This document shows positions 63,562 to 64,000 of a stretch of 64,000 bases of DNA, one piece after another. Position 1 is the stretch's first letter, and every line of letters begins with the position of its first letter. Position numbers and translations under genes: made by a program. Under the pieces are notes generated by a model, which saw only the letters and a program-made list of their open reading frames with translations, ran no database searches and was not told the DNA's origin. Source of the DNA: Balanoglossus misakiensis (lineage: Eukaryota > Animalia > Hemichordata); NCBI GenBank assembly GCA_040954595.2, contig CM082577.2, positions 1,302,001-1,366,000 on the forward strand, given 5' to 3'.

Positions 63562-64000
63562 GTAAGTAGGCAGGGGAAAAAAGACTGGGAATTCGCAAGT
63601 GTCTCCATTGATGTTAATTAATGGAACCATTTTATTACACAGGAAAGACCCAGAGCTCTATGAGACTACATAATGTCTTGGAAAATTAATGTGTATCAAC
63701 ATTTCCAAGACAACTTTTTGGTACAAAGTATATTGGGGGGGGGGGGGGGGGGGGAGTAGGGGTATATAGATACGCTTCAGTTGTACATTTTGTAAATTGT
63801 TTTATTGACTTATTGGCCAATTTTCTGAATAAACTGTTTAGGCAGGAAGGCATCTAGTCATGAAATCAGTGAAAGTTGAAAGAATGTCAAGATGCGGTTC
63901 ATTGCTCGGTGTGTTACTGTCAAGAGGTCAAGTAACTACATTGAACTAACATTATGTTAATTTATTAGTTATGAGGAAGTGTGCTGTAACTATTTTCTGA

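Overview
AT-rich, intron-rich animal genomic DNA, probably an invertebrate bilaterian. The species cannot be determined from the sequence. Ten spliced protein-coding genes were reconstructed by hand from GT-AG boundaries, and all nine complete models have CDS lengths divisible by three. In order they are: a CACNG/TARP-like tetraspan (-), COPS3 (-), NT5M/NT5C-type deoxyribonucleotidase (+), the G-alpha-v subunit GNAV (+), synaptogyrin (-), ZNF598 (+), Rac (+), an AATK/LMTK kinase (+), WDR13 (-) and the first two exons of cytohesin (+). Introns carry several TTAA-flanked non-autonomous DNA transposons. The best observation is a pair of tandemly duplicated, obligately mutually exclusive exons in synaptogyrin that swap only the second luminal loop. 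Other highlights are a U12-type intron in WDR13, a single-copy gene neighbourhood matching adjacencies scattered over several human paralogous regions, an Asn-to-Ser change in the LMTK catalytic loop, a 156-bp COPS3/NT5M bidirectional spacer with dual ATGs, and candidate recursive splice sites. No prokaryotic-type system (CRISPR, operon) is present. Gene identities rest on recalled family motifs, not on database searches.
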